Below, piece after piece: positions 27,701 through 41,822 of a stretch of 64,000 nucleotides of DNA (positions within the stretch are counted from its first letter, which is position 1; the number at the start of each line of letters is the position of its first letter). The notes under the pieces are model-generated. The model saw nothing but the letters and a program-made list of their open reading frames with translations, had not been told where the DNA came from and did no database searches. The stretch spans positions 1-64,000 of the forward strand of contig KZ537975.1 of NCBI GenBank assembly GCA_000934665.2, read 5' to 3'. The DNA comes from Catajapyx aquilonaris (lineage: Eukaryota). The translations under genes and the position numbers were made by a program.

Positions 27701-29716
27701 GGTGTCTCTTATACACCAGGAGTCATCCACTTTGGGTAGGGTGGACAACCGGCTCAATCCGATTCGGCAAGGGCTACCGTTGGGGGAATGGCCAATGTTG
27801 CATCACTTGATGAAGATACAATAAATGGAAAATCACGTGGCAAAACTGGTGCGTGGCAATATATTCTTCACGGCACAGTTTCCAGCACGACCAATCACGA
27901 TAATTTCTCATTTCAGCTCATGACTATCGCACGTCGCGATCTGAAATTTTGCAAACACGACCACACAGAGTATGGCGAGAATAAAGTGTAATGAGCGATG
28001 TCTTTAACACCCTTTCTCCGGGAACCCTCGGGGGCTCATACAGTACCTTCAAGGGCGGCACTTAAGAGAGAGCATAACCTTGTCCTCCACTATGGGAAAT
28101 GGCTACTTATTAGGTGGGGAGCCTTTGTTCTCTCTCATACGGCTCGTTAGTCACTGCCTACAGGCACATGTACCGTTTACCGTGTCATTCATACACATTG
28201 TATATACCCGGACGACTAACGCGCTTCGACAAAGTGTTTTCGCGAGCATCAGACATTGAGCACATAATTTCATGAGTTATGACCACCGAGTACAGGAACC
28301 CCCTAAAATGCGCTGCCTGTAGGCGGACAGCCCGCTGCGTGGGTGTTACTAAAACAATTACACGTCATTAAACGACCTTCTTGCACGCTACCCAGAAGTG
28401 GATGAACCAATGTGGTCAAGGCCCCACCTCTGACACTTATTCCGCTCAATCACGAATATACCTCCCCTTCCAAACAGTCATTATCACGCAATTGCATCAC
28501 TGTGAAACATAAAAGCAAATTGTAACATACAGATAGCGACATTAATTACTAACGTGCGTCAGCTCCGTGCCATTCCTTGGCATAATGGGGTGGCTCAAAA
28601 AATTAATTTCCTGTAATCAGGGCCCGATTTTCTATCCAGTTTTGGGATGGTCGTGATACCCTGTTCCTTCGGGGTGAATTGGCTCCAAACGGCCTTTCAC
28701 CAACCGAGTAATACCAGGCCAGTGATTGATCCGAGCTGTCCACAAGAGCGTGATTCCAGCGTTGACTCACAGCTCCCTGAGGCCATCACCAAGTGCCAGG
28801 TTCACCCGGTTTGCTTCATCCAGTAGCCTACGCACCTTATATAATGCCATGCGGCGCGGCTAAGGCAATCCGGTGTCCAAACATGGCCGGCTGCTGACAG
28901 AAGCCAGCCCTGCAACACCATATTGGTTCCACTGGATTAGGTGTGGACATCACCAACTGACCACACTTAAATTACAGGCAATTCAAATTATTTTATCGTA
29001 CAACCAACAGTGCTGTGTGCCCATGCATGCCAACCGTATAGCGTGATAAAACATTAACATGTTCACCTGACCGAAATGCGGTGCAAACGACCCCCCAATA
29101 AATCGGCTCCAATCTATATGATCCATTGCTAGAGTTAATAGAGATTCCGGAGTGATTTACGAGCCAGGACGGCCTTTTCTGTTGGATATCTGGTCATCAG
29201 CTGGCCTTGGAGGTCAGCTGGAGGAATCCCTCCACTGGTCAGCTATGGGCTACTGTACGGCAGCTCGGTACCAACCCACGCCCACATTGTTTCCGCTGCT
29301 GGATACAAACAGGCAATTTTGGACCGCTTGTCTTCACACTCGGCCATTCAAGTCTTTCACCGGGACACCGGCAGTAAACTTTGCCCACCGCCGTTTGAGG
29401 TTCACTGAATTTTGTCTGTGTGTACCTGCCCAATATAACCGAAGCTTAATAAGAAGCACAGGTGCTCACTCTTTCAAGGCGAGTCACATACTTGGTTCAA
29501 ATCGTGCATTACGATGGCTAATGAGGCCGTTTGGATTCACTTTGACTAGGGAGTTGCTATTTGGCAAATGGAGCCTAAAGTCATGCGCTTGTCGACCATT
29601 AGCGCCACCGTACATGGTACGTGATTGGAGCATTCGAGAGGAAGAACAGGCCAAGTCCACTAAGGCTTAGTAGGAAAATCTGGAATAAAAAGAGTCCCGT
29701 ATACCCTGTCCAGAAC

Positions 29717-29749
29717 ACATTTTCTGGCTCATTTTCAGCCAGAAAATGT
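29717..29749. repeat. Short perfect hairpin related to the centre of family B
   Basis: acattttctggct / agccagaaaatgt form 13-bp arms with a 7-nt loop. It resembles ttttctggctcttttccagccggaaat at about 44672-44698. Confidence 0.65.
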
Positions 29750-32700
29750 ATGGATATTTATATATAAAAATTTATAATTAATACATCGTGTATTTCATTT
29801 AATACTACTCCAGAGAAAGAGTTATTCTCTCAGCATGGGCAGGTTGAAGACAGCTGAAAATATTGTTTCCAGCGCTAAAAATATGCGAGGGCTGGCAGTG
29901 CTCGAATTAGGTAACAGCAAGTGTCAAAAATTATGGGCTTCACCCACCTTACCATTATTAGCTGGTAATTACGCTAAACTTTTAAAGCCGTTATTAATGT
30001 GCCGCATTGATGAAGTGCCCCTTTTTCTAAGGCGGCAGGACTTTAATGGGCTGTTAAAATTATGTAGGAAGCGAAATGACAACTGTCTGCCTGATAATAA
30101 GATTAGGACGCTCAAAATACGAGACTTTGGTGCACACCATGTGAGGGGAAAACCTGTAATAAATCTTTAGACTAGAGAAGTACGCACTGTGCTAAATTAT
30201 TATTTCCATTCTTTTTTTTTGAAATGGGACTTAGCAATTCGTCACACGGATGGAAACAATTCCGTCCAATTATGCAACTATTGCTACGTTTTCCGTACCG
30301 ATTATCTGCTGATCTACTCGTTAGGCGTCTGATTTAGCCTTTATACAGAGCATTTTTGTGCCCCTGAAGCGACATTGGTTCCAACCCGAGAAAATAAATC
30401 GGGTTGGCCATTATCCGGATGGTACATTTATCATTGGTCGAGATCAGAGGACCGCGCGCAATGTTTCGTGAGGAATCGCATGCCTGGGTTAAATTACTCC
30501 GAAAAGCGTTTGCATAGTTTCCCCTCATTTGTTCCGTAATTGCCCCGATCATGCGACGTTACTTGACCCTTTTAAGGACGGATGATACGGATCTATGAGG
30601 CAACGGACACTTTTGCCGGAATCCTCCTGATTTGCATATGTCGCCGACTCGAACATTATGAGCCATTACGGAGACACTGGAATCGTCTAAAGACGTGAAT
30701 AAATCCGTCTAATCAACATCAAACAGTGAAGCTTATGAGCCCAATTAGAAGCCGAATCAGAAGCCTTTTCCATGCAGGTCACAGCCCCGATTGGGGACTT
30801 TGGATCGGAGTGACAAACACCGAGCTTTGGAAAAGCGATGTCATCTCAGCTCATTTTCTTGAAGGAGCAAGAATCAGGGGCCGTCGCCAATGGCTCAATT
30901 GCGGGCAATTAGGAGCGTTCGGATCCGTTAAGGAGGTCTCGTCAGGGGAGAAGGACAAGAGCAAAGTTATGTCGGATGCCTGACAGTGATGGACGACTTG
31001 GCGGTATCGACGCACTTGTTTTAGATGGAATTCTGATGGTCCTATCAAGAGACAGGGTCACTTCCGCGCTGATAGTTTTCAAACCACTGGATTGATTTTT
31101 AGGGCCTGTTTTTATATGGTGACAACCTGGCCCGACCTACACTTCATGTCGCCTGCTTGTCCTTGCCAGGGTAAAATATGTTATGAAAACTATTCTGCCA
31201 ACAAGGTTCATTGCAATGCTTTTTTTACCTGCTCTTTTGTTAGAGCCCATTGGTGCACGTTTGTCGTGTATAATGGCGGTCTAATTGGTTGCTTTATGTA
31301 TTCGTGACAACAATCTGGCCACTCACCACCGGACAAGGGTTTGGTTTCCGGACAGGGCACCCATGTGTGCTTATCTTTACCAGCCCAACCCAAACATGCT
31401 GGAAAACCAGAATTCAGCCAAATAACATATAGAGGGAAGTAACCTTCGAGTATCAATAAACTTTGAGTATATTTTAGATGTGAAAAGCAGGCAATGTCCC
31501 GACTGGTTTCAATTTGTTCCGGGCGTTGTCTGCATTGTTCCTGAGCAACACAACGTGTGTAGACCACATAAAAAACGTACGGCGCCACGAAAGCACCATG
31601 TGTCCCCCAAATTAATTTCAATAAAAATTAGTTCCGCATCGTTCAGAGTGCGGCGCAAACAAATTAAAGTAGTCTTTAAGTAAAAGTTGTGCCCGCAATG
31701 CAGGCCTTCCAGTTGACGTTTGATGGCCACCATCAGTCAGCGACTTCCATGTAGGTAGCTAATGACCGATTTGACTCTACGTGTATGGCAAAACAAGTAT
31801 CATTAACGGGTCCCCGAGTTGACCAATTACGATAGAATGGGGTTAATAAGCCATTAGGTACAGCAGCCGTTAAATTTGGGTCGTGGATCCTGCTGGGAGA
31901 TGAATCTGCCGCCATTGCTTGGCATCATCGGATGATGATGGGGGGAAGAAGAAGAAGAAGAAAGGTTTTTTCCTTATCCAACAACCCTACGGTCACCGCA
32001 TGCACACCAGCAGATGTAATGAAAAGGTACTTGGTTAGGTACCCTCCTTTTTGGTGGATGACAGGTGATCATTACCGGCCAGTTCGTCCATCTCTCCTCC
32101 ATCACCACAATCAACTAAATACCGTGTCTTTCAACAGCTGTTGAACGCCCTCCTCTTTAAAGTAAACAAGCCTATGTCGCCCCGGAGGTGGAAAAGAACA
32201 AGGGAACGAGCCGTGGACTTTCTCACCTGTGGCGTTTGAAAACAGCAACCAGCCGCCAAGCCAACGTGCAATTAGCCTCCTTTTAACCACAGCCTTTTAG
32301 ACCTTTGTTCGCAGCTTCCCCCAAAGGGCCTCCTCAGCCGCCCCGTGACCTGACGAAAGGAATTCTCCCAAGACGGGCCACGTCAAAAACCCAAATTCCA
32401 GAAAAAGGGAAGAAATTTGCATGAATTACTATGTTTACCCAAGGCATCGCCACGTCTGGGGTGTTAGTCCACCTCAGGCGGTGGGTATTTTCGGTTTATT
32501 TTTTTTATTCGAAATAATTACCTCCAGCAGCCTAACCCCCCAATATGGAAGGATAACAAGAGCCTCGTTTTTCAAGGCGATAGATGTCTATCAGGAGGAA
32601 GCAGCTTTGATGAGGCTCATCTGAGGCGTCAAGTTAGCGGCTTGAAGAATCTGTTGTGGGTTAATAAGACATGCAACCCCACAAAATTTTAGGCCTCTTT

Positions 32701-34267
32701 TTTTGGAAGAACCGACTTCCCCGCAGCCTCCACGTGCATTGTATACATCGCATCCAGGAAAATAGCTGGTAACAAATTATTTGAAACAACAAAACAAAAG
32801 GGGGGGCTACTCTACCCAATGCGAGTCCAACTGTATCGTGTTTCATCCGACCTGACAGGCCATTTGGTACTGGTGCCATGAATCACGCCGCCGTAATCTT
32901 CGCATTGTCTTTGCGGAGTCTTGCATCGAGCCTCTTTGTTGAGCCATTTTTCCTCCATAAATACTGGTTGTGTGTCAGTATGTGGCAGTAAAAGGAGTGA
33001 TTTGAATGCGTAATAAACCCTTATGGACGGTGTCGACTCTGGCTGCTTTTTAGAGAGCAGATACTGCCAGGTGTGTAAATCTCATTGCGAAAAGTAGCTC
33101 AGTAAAATATTCGGAAGTTGTGAACAGTGCCTTGTTTCGAATAATTTCCAGAAGCATAAAAGTCCTGTTCGGGTATGGGACAATTAGCAAAGACGGGTGG
33201 ACACCTGCTTTGTAACGACGTGAGCAAAAGATAGGAGTCGAGCTAGTGACTTGTAGATTGTACCAAACATGTCCATGGGGCCTGCTCTCTAATTTATTTT
33301 CAGTAGTTTTATGACTATACACTTGAAATAACAACCATTTTGAGTTACAGTTGTTGATAAATTAACTAATTAACACATTTCAGAAAGGTGTAACTCTAAG
33401 AAAAAAAAATGCTTCAATCGATTCTTTGTGAAAAAATTATGCTCAATTCGACGGAAAAATCAGTGTTAAGTTCATCCAGGTTGAGACGGAGTGTGTAAAA
33501 GCACCACACCTTAACCAGGAAAAGATGTCTTCCTTCTGGAGTAATTTTTGCTGCACCTTTTGCTCACGACGGTACATTAAGTTGTATTGCAGAAAAAATA
33601 CAGCACGAACGTGGCCTTCGGGCATATAGGAAAAAGGCGCCATCGTCGATGTAATGAGAATAAGATGCTTATCTCCTCTAAACGCCAACTTCTGCTCATA
33701 AAATATGAGCCTGTTCCGCTTCCCATAAACATTTCAAATTTATGATGAATTACATGCCACGCAGAGAAAGAGAAAAAAAGCAAGCACATACACACCTTGT
33801 GGTTACAAAACCAAAGATGACTTCATTTTGCATCCAAAACGCTCGCCATTTAGATCAGCCACATTGACTCCAACCCCATCTTTAAGAAAACCTATACACC
33901 TTTTGCATCGGGTCCACCGTAAGCAAAGAAAGCATTAAACGCCTTTCAAGACCGTTAGCACAGCGCATCGGAGCAAGTTAAACACAGTGAATCCAAGCTC
34001 CGTAATCATAAGGCGAGGGCTTCCCCCTCCTGAAGATCATCACCGTGTTTATTCGCACCATTAAGTCTCCGAATCTCTGGTTACAGTCCGGGGTAATTAC
34101 AGCCCTTGGGCCGGTCACAGGACACCATCGCCGTGTGGCCCCAGCATTACCGACCGGTCCTCAACTCTGTAATTATCTCCGGTGACTCCATCCCCAATGC
34201 CAGGGGACTTCTTCCTCACCCAAGTCAGGTCTCGGCCAAATGGCGGGGTGCGTGTATGGACGTGTGT

Positions 34268-34291
34268 GAAGAAGAAGAAGAAGAAGAAGAA
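34268..34291. repeat. (GAA)8 microsatellite
   Basis: Direct reading. A shorter (GAA)n run lies near 31945. Confidence 0.9.
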
Positions 34292-34627
34292 CGAAAAGGA
34301 CCACAAGGTGGGGGGACCCCTCCAGGCAAGTTTCTCTACGTGTTAATTAACGCGATGGCCGAGGAAGAAGAAGATGCACAACGCGAATAACCCTCTTCAC
34401 CCCCATCGGGTGACCCAGGAATTCCAGCATAACTAAACGGCTCTGCGGGCGTTCCAGGATGGTGTCGCCAGAATACTCCAGCTCGTTTTGAATGCAGGAG
34501 ATTTCGTAATGATTCAGGTGAATTCCTGGGGTATCGCTTTATAATAATATGAAGGTGTCGTTTCTGGTCTACAGACCAGTCAAACGTAAATATGCTAGCA
34601 GCTATGCGACCCTCAACGTATAAATTA

Positions 34628-34817
34628 TACTGCTCCAACTTTTGTGGCGAATCCCTGGGAATCATTCTGGAATTCATTTATTTTATTTTTGTTTATTTAT
34701 TTAAAATTCAAAGTTGCATAGAGCCAGGTTGAACTTTAAATAAATAAACATTTTTGGCAAAAATAAATGCCAGAATGATTCCCAGGGATTCGCCACAACA
34801 TTGGAATCATTACAGTA
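34628..34817. mobile_element. Palindromic MITE-like element (about 190 bp)
   Basis: Perfect 29-bp inverted repeat (34642-34670 / 34770-34798), inner AT-rich inverted arms (tgtttatttatttaaaattcaa / ttgaactttaaataaataaaca), and outer ends TACTG...CAGTA. Confidence 0.8.
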
Positions 34818-36255
34818 CACCTTACACATTATAGTTTCGTTGCTGGAGGAGATGATTACAAATGCATATTAGAAAGTGATGCGCAGGTTGGATTTGTCCA
34901 TTTTTATAGATCCGGACAGCTGCTGGATTCTAGTTTTGGGGAAATGGGTGTGGTTCCTTATTGCCGGCGCTTCAGTGGTGGAGGTTATTTTCATATTCAT
35001 GTCGTGTAAGAGAAACGGCTCCAACCACCGGTTCATTTTTATCGGATTTTTTTCATCTATTGGAATACGGAAAAAACCGGGTTTTTTCACTCGGTTGTCC
35101 GGGGGAGAATTTTTCAGTTTGCGCTCATTGCGTCGGACGATGTACGTTTTTGTAGGCAATAAACTCGCTTTTGGTGTCTTTAAGTGGGTTAATCACAGGA
35201 AGTAATGTGGAGACTTCAATGCGCGGATCCGCAAAAAACTCACAAGGTGTGCTGCTTCCTGTCAGCATAAAACCTACTAGCGTAAACAATGTTCAAAATG
35301 TGCAGTTGTTTCAGCAATTATGACGGCCCACATCGCTGCTAAACTAACAGTTAAGCACTGCATGTAAAACGTCATAGCTTAACCCCCACCTAATAAAATT
35401 GCAGTAATTTACTACAACCGGTTCCAGGCCGGACTCATCACACCAGCCGTAAAGTAATTGCACCTATAGCAAGTACATGCAAAGTATATGCGCTTTCCTT
35501 TTCAGCACTCCTCTTGTTTTCAACTTTTTGTTGTTCGCAAGACCACGTATTATGAAACAGCCTCACACCTGTTATTAAGCCTCCACCAAGATGGTGGTAA
35601 GTGATCTGCATCCGATACCCCACTACCGTATGTGAGACCAGGTAGACCCTCCAGGCCATTGTTGGTGAAATCCGACTCTTACTGATCTTTTCCCATTTCC
35701 GATTGGCGGCCTTGCGACCAAGCACTGCGTAAAGTGGGGGTGTTGCGATAATAACCCTGTGATTACGACTGACCGAATGGCCGTAATTTCGGCAAATTAC
35801 GTACTGATTAAAGGTGTTAGTCCACTTCATAGGTGTGAACTCCGGTCTTACTTGGGACTCACAAAATATTCCGGCTATGGTCATAAGTATGTTAATATTT
35901 TCGCCTCGTAAATGTCAACTTTACGTGATAATTTACAACTCGCCTTGGGACACTCTTACGATTGTTGTTATTTAACCCCGAGTTGCCAGATGATACTCTC
36001 TATTTTTTGCGTCGATTATTACGATATATCCTCGGTGTTTTATTTCGTAACCGGCAGTGACAGGCAAGTGCTGGCGGCTTCTTCTGTCCCCAAGTGTACT
36101 CGACCACAATTACTTAGCCGGAAAGCCCACACATAAGATACGTACTAGTCGAACAGGTCTAGAAGGAGTTATAGCCGCGGAGACGGTTAAATAAATACCT
36201 ACCCACACACGACCGTGAAAAGTGAGTCTTCACCTTTTTCGGTCCCTCTTTTTAA

Positions 36256-36335
36256 GACCCAAAAAGGAAGCCCAAAATCTTCTCAGCTAAGTCAGGCTAA
36301 TCAGGCTACCGAATTTTGGGCCATGCTTTTTGGTC
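36256..36335. repeat. Degenerate inverted repeat with internal TCAG(G)CTA triplication
   Basis: gacccaaaaaggaagcccaaaat matches the reverse complement of attttgggccatgctttttggtc. The spacer contains tcagctaagtcaggctaatcaggcta. Confidence 0.55.
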
Positions 36336-38405
36336 CAATGTACGCAACTGACTTTGCATATAGCGTGGGCAGTCGGCTAGCATAAAAAACCGCCCCTTTG
36401 CCCTGTTTTGGTCATAAGGAAATGGCTGGCTTTGGCAAGGACACTGGAGGATTCAAAAACTAGTCTGGAGGATTACTGCAATTATTTCGCACGACATATT
36501 GCGAATTTGGAATATGCGAAAAATATCACTAATTACACGTGTCCCTCAATGAGTTTGTATGAAAGGTGTTCCCCCTTTGGCTTGGAAGCAACACATGCTG
36601 GTGGTGTTGGGTTGGTGGGGGTTAAACCAGTTCTTGGCGTCCTCCAGCTTTTGCTAATTTTCCATCCGAATCGTCCACCTGTGACTGCTTGAAACCAGTC
36701 CGCGAAACGGTGCGCGCAATCTCTGTGATTGGCTTGCTTCGTGATAGAACCTCACAGTTATGGGTTTCCAACTGGTTTGGCGGACAAGCCGAGTGCTTTT
36801 GGCTGGGGACTTCTTAGCCTGGGATAATTACTAGAGCTTTTCTCACACACATATGCCCTAGAGGTGTTGCGAATATACGCAGCAAGTGTAGCCACCGAAA
36901 TGGGGGTACTGTCTGTCAACTAGAAATGTTTCAAAAACCATGGCAGTGTTCAGCTGTTAGATTGGACATACTGTTGCTGATAGGAGGGAAAGACATACAG
37001 AAAATTAAGGCCCACATATGTTTTGCACAGCATGTCCGATAGCTATCTAAAATACGAATACCGGTATTCAAAATAGCCTTGTACCTTTGGGCCTGTTGCT
37101 AATGGCAGATGGCTGATACCATGTGCACTTGCAGTTGTAAGACGTGTGTAATAATGCAACACATTGTGCTGCTTTCAAGTTGCACTGAGAATGTACCTGA
37201 TCATAAAATAATAGTTCTACTATGTCCACTAGACAAACAAATAAAATAATATTAAAAGGGCACAGTAATAATGCTGTCGACATAGTTTGGCCGTGTTTAC
37301 CACTTTTTCAATGTGCAAAATAAGTCGTATTGAACTGTCCAGTACACAATGCAACAAGCGTGTACTACAATTACGGCAAACCAGTTGCCCTGCATACTAA
37401 CAATAAATCCTGCATAACCCCCCTCAAAAACACGTCCTTGCTGGTCATTAGGCCAAGTCCTCATCCGCGGAGAAAAGACCCTGCCGCTATTTAATTAATA
37501 CACAAGACTGGAAAGTTCTGATCTCCGTTTTTTAACCTATGATTTATCTTCCCACTCTTTTCGATTGTGAGGCACTAAGTCGAGATATGATCTGAACGTA
37601 CGTATTGTTTCTTGGCCAACAACAGTGCATCCCTCCAGTGCCAGAGACACACAAAAAAAGAGACCGAGAGACAACTAGGCCCTATTAATGCCACCAAACC
37701 GGACCATACAAGAGGAGGTACAAGTTCCTTTGTTTTGTGGGCAACTCGCAGGTTACGCGTGAATCCTCCGATAAGTGCGGCCTTTGCTATTCACAAGGGG
37801 GTGCGCATGTAAGTTGGTCTTAATGACGACTGGATGATGCCCTGTGCCGGAAATGGCCGAATGGGTTTTGCATGTATGCTGGGGTAGGGACCACGCCTAA
37901 ATGGACCCATCAACGAATTAAAACAGCACCCCTTCTCCTTATTTATGGCACCTAAAGGGTGTTTAGGTAAGGTACGGGCATTGCAGGGGGAGTGGGGGTC
38001 ACTTATCACCATGTTCTGGCCCGGGCCAATGGCAATCAGAAGGAATAAATCCATCCGATTGGTTCTGCTCTTGGTCCGACACGACTTTTTCAGAGTTTTT
38101 TTTTTCTCTCAAAGGGTTTAAGATAAGCACCCAGGGTTGCGTAAATGGGTGAGTGTGTCGGCGCTTAATTACAGGCGGGGATTAGGGTGTCAGTTGGGTC
38201 TCGTGCAAGACCTGGCCGCAATTTACCCGTCTGCTGTTGTTGGATGATGCTCCACGCACTATTCGTGGTGCTTCAGGGGCCATCTCTTGCCTAATTTGTA
38301 TGGATGCGGCTTCCCTTTCTATGCTTTCTGGGAGTGATGGTTCAGGCTCATCCCCAGAGTTTTCTAGCGTTCAACTGTTCAATTCACTTTCTTGGAGGGT
38401 AGGTG

Positions 38406-38475
38406 TGATTGGATTTGCTCCGATCGTCACGAGTCATGTGGACATTACTCGTGACGATCGGAGCAAATCCAATCA
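38406..38475. repeat. Perfect 70-nt hairpin
   Basis: 29-bp perfect arms tgattggatttgctccgatcgtcacgagt (38406-38434) and actcgtgacgatcggagcaaatccaatca (38447-38475). The 12-nt centre catgtggacatt is itself partly self-complementary. Confidence 0.95.
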
Positions 38476-40216
38476 TCCGCTTTCTACAGAAAGAGCAGTG
38501 TCAGAGGTGTCATGTCCATAAAATATCAACTTCCGTCATATGTTGCATCACAACACTTACACTCGTAACAAAGCCATCCAATTACTGCGATAACAGACAA
38601 TGTGCAAAATAGCATAAATAGGCTTCCCCTCCTAATCTTAATAAACAAACGTCGCATTAGCAGTAAAATTATCTCTAATGGGGGGTATCAGCATAACAAG
38701 TTGCAATGTGCGATAGTGGGGCCTGATGTTGCATTCAAACCGTATCACAAATCTTTCAGTGGGGGACTCGAGAAGTAATGAAGTTTGATAAGTGCGGATA
38801 TCTCCAAAAGTGCCCAATAAATTTGTGTCCTTATCGGCAACCGTTGTTCGCAGTGGAGCGGCAAGCTTCGATGTCGGACACGTCCCATGTGAAACCCTGA
38901 ATTGCTGGCAGTCCCCAAAAAAGAAGCACGAGAAGAGGAAAAGGGTCTTTTGCATCTCATACATCCATCACTCAAGATTTATTCCTTCGGCTGCAGGTTC
39001 CATTGGAGCTACACCATAAAACAAGGTCATTACAATGGGCCATCTTTCCCCCCGCCTTGCTAATTACACGAAACCAAAGTACTACTTCCAACCTCGAATG
39101 GGATACGCCTATCGGTTTGGTGACGGAGAAATATGGTCAAATTGGTCTATCGCAGCTGCCGAAGGACCTGGTGTCCCCAAGACGTGTTTTGCATATCTGA
39201 TTCACCCTGTGAAGACCGTACAGCTCTTTGACGTAAACAGGAATCCTGCACTGCTTGATGAAAAAAAAATTAGGCCCTACATGTGATTGCCAACATGCGT
39301 GTCTGCTGGACAAATGTATCGAAATGGTGTGGACAGGACAAAATACTCAGACCCTTCAATTACCTTATTATTTAAGAACAAATCAGAGATTGATATCTGG
39401 TAGAAATTTTCACCTCATCGAAAGTGACTTCTGGTGCTAACAACACCACTCCCATTGGGAAAATCTCACGTTTTAAAGCTCCGTTGTCATTATTTTTTCT
39501 ACTTCTTAAGAGTGGGTGCCTTCGGGGGTAGAATTTGAGAAGAATCTCTCAGCTTTTGTGTCGGAGGAATAACAATCCTGTCAGTCTTCCTGACTGAAAG
39601 ACGACTTTTTATGTCGCCTTCATTTAGGTAGGTGTCAGCCCCGGCCTTCATTATGCGCTCTTGTTTCTTTGACGCCAACTGGAAAACACGATAGCGCCCA
39701 TAGGCCTGGGCATTTCCCACACGTTTTCTGTTTAAAAGGCGCCCCCCTTTATACTAAGTAACGATTATTTTGACGACAACGTCTCGAGCATCAATCAACC
39801 AAACGCGGCCGAAAACTAGTTCGCTCAACCAGTCCACTAAAAGAGGACAATCATTCTCACTAACATTTGCTTTGAACGCTGCATTTGGGACACAAAAAGT
39901 CTTCTAAATTTGCCACGCCGCGTGCTGTCAAAGGAATGCAGATTTGAAGTAGGACAAGAGAGAGGACGCGACTCATTTTATGGCCGAATAATTCGACTCC
40001 TTATATGATCAAACAGGTGCAACATGTAGGCGACACTAATTGTGCAGCGTCGCAATTGTAATTAATAAGAAAATTACGAAATTGTCCTCATAATTAAATA
40101 AATTCAACTAACTGATATGATTTCATTACAAATTAATTTATTGAAAGCATTTTAGTCAAATATATAGTTACGTTTAAATGAAAAATTATTACAACTTAAT
40201 AATTTAGACGAAAAAG

Positions 40217-40361
40217 TAGTTCCTCCTCCCACCCACCAGAGGCACTGTATCCTCCCATTGCGCAGGCGCGGAACGGGGGCCAATAAGAGGCGTCGCGCAA
40301 ACAATATACGGCGGGCCAATCAGAAGCCTTGCACAATCAACAATTTTAAAACTATATACAT
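40217..40361 (-). mobile_element. Dispersed repeat family A, copy 2
   Basis: Aligns with 1067-1178 and 49209-49346. It carries two GGCCAAT units and is flanked by very AT-rich sequence. Confidence 0.75.
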
Positions 40362-41802
40362 TATGAAAACTACATATTGTTTAAAATGACGTTTTATTAA
40401 AGCGTCAAATTACTTAGTGTAAATTAATAGAACTGAACAACTGTTTAAAATTACATTTTAACCCAGTTACAATAAGTGCATCTAACAAAGATCCGTATCA
40501 GTGGCACTGGCATATATACCTGAGTGCGTGAAAGTGAATAATGATTGAAGTCTCCGGCGTCGCTTGCCGTGTCGTGGTTTTGAAGGCAGCAAAAAAAAAA
40601 TGAAAGGGTGCCCAAAGGGTCATAAAGTTGGGTCGGGTGAAAACAGACGGATCCACTCCAGAGAGCCCTGGTCCTTGCCGACAGGTAATAGGAGCAGACC
40701 GTAATGACCGGGACTACGAGTTTTCCGAAGCCACCCTTTATGCATCTCAAACAGCACGGACATTGTCCCTTATATATTCCTCCTCTTTCTCTCCAACCCT
40801 TCGATTCAATGGACCTCTTTTTAGGACCCCGATGCTCTGGGTGAATGCATATCTGGCCAGGACGAGCCTCATCCTTCAATCCCCACTTTCTCACTCCATG
40901 ATGGCAGTTCCTGATTGCTGGTTATAATTTTCATCTGTCAGGTAAAGAATCTCACCCTCTCTCACCTTTTATGCCCACTCAACAACCCCTAGGTTGCATT
41001 ATATAAAAAAAGAAGAAATCTAGTCTCGAGGGTTGTAACCTGAAAAATGGCAGGGACGTAACCGGTGACAAGAGCAGTTGCAAGCCGTTGGCCAATTTCT
41101 CATCAGGCGTTAATGATCGCTAATTATAGCCCTGTGGCCATCTAGAATCATGGAAATCAGTCTGATCATTTCAGGGTCAGCACGTGCACTCACACGCTCT
41201 GGAAACACCTATAAACCTCCATGGCCCTCCGGGTGATTCAATTAACTAAATACTCGTTTTCACACCTGATAGCCTGGGTTCAATACTGCCACGCCAGTTT
41301 CCTAATTAACCGACTGATTTCTTTGAAAAAAACTTTATAGACGAAGATTCCTTGGAGTTGATTCCCTCTCTCATTCAGTTGATATTGCTGAAGACCCTGA
41401 GGGCCACCTTCACCTTTCGCTTTCGAGAGTGTGGCGCTTGGCTTGTGTATACATGTGTGTGTGGGATGAGGAAACCCTCAATGACGAATCCTGAGTTGTG
41501 TACATGCGTGTCGTGACTCAAGTATGCGTATAAAATGCAATACATTTCCTTGTAATCGCATGAGTTGTCAGCGGAAGACGACTTGTCGTATGTTTATACT
41601 TTCACACTGAACTTGGCAAAAAATAGACCTCACATGTCCCCCAGGTTATGCCCATGTAAGGCATGTGAGGTTGCAGTATTATGACACTGCATCGCTTCTT
41701 CGAAAACCCTCAGGGAACGTGACCGGAGTGAGCCAGGGCACCATCATCGAGGGAGACCAGACCTTCTTCTTCTCCATTCATTCTTCTGGAGGGCCCCCAC
41801 CT

Positions 41803-41822
41803 ACCCACCCACCCACCCACCC
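41803..41822 (-). repeat. (ACCC)5 = (GGGT)5 on the minus strand; G-quadruplex-forming / CACCC array
   Basis: Direct reading. It is followed by ggtggggcgggggcgtg (GC box). Confidence 0.8.

Noticed and set aside
36941..36980. miR-34-like 5' sequence TGGCAGTGTTCAGCTG
   Set aside because: Diverges after the seed, and the possible stem is too short to be a pre-miRNA.
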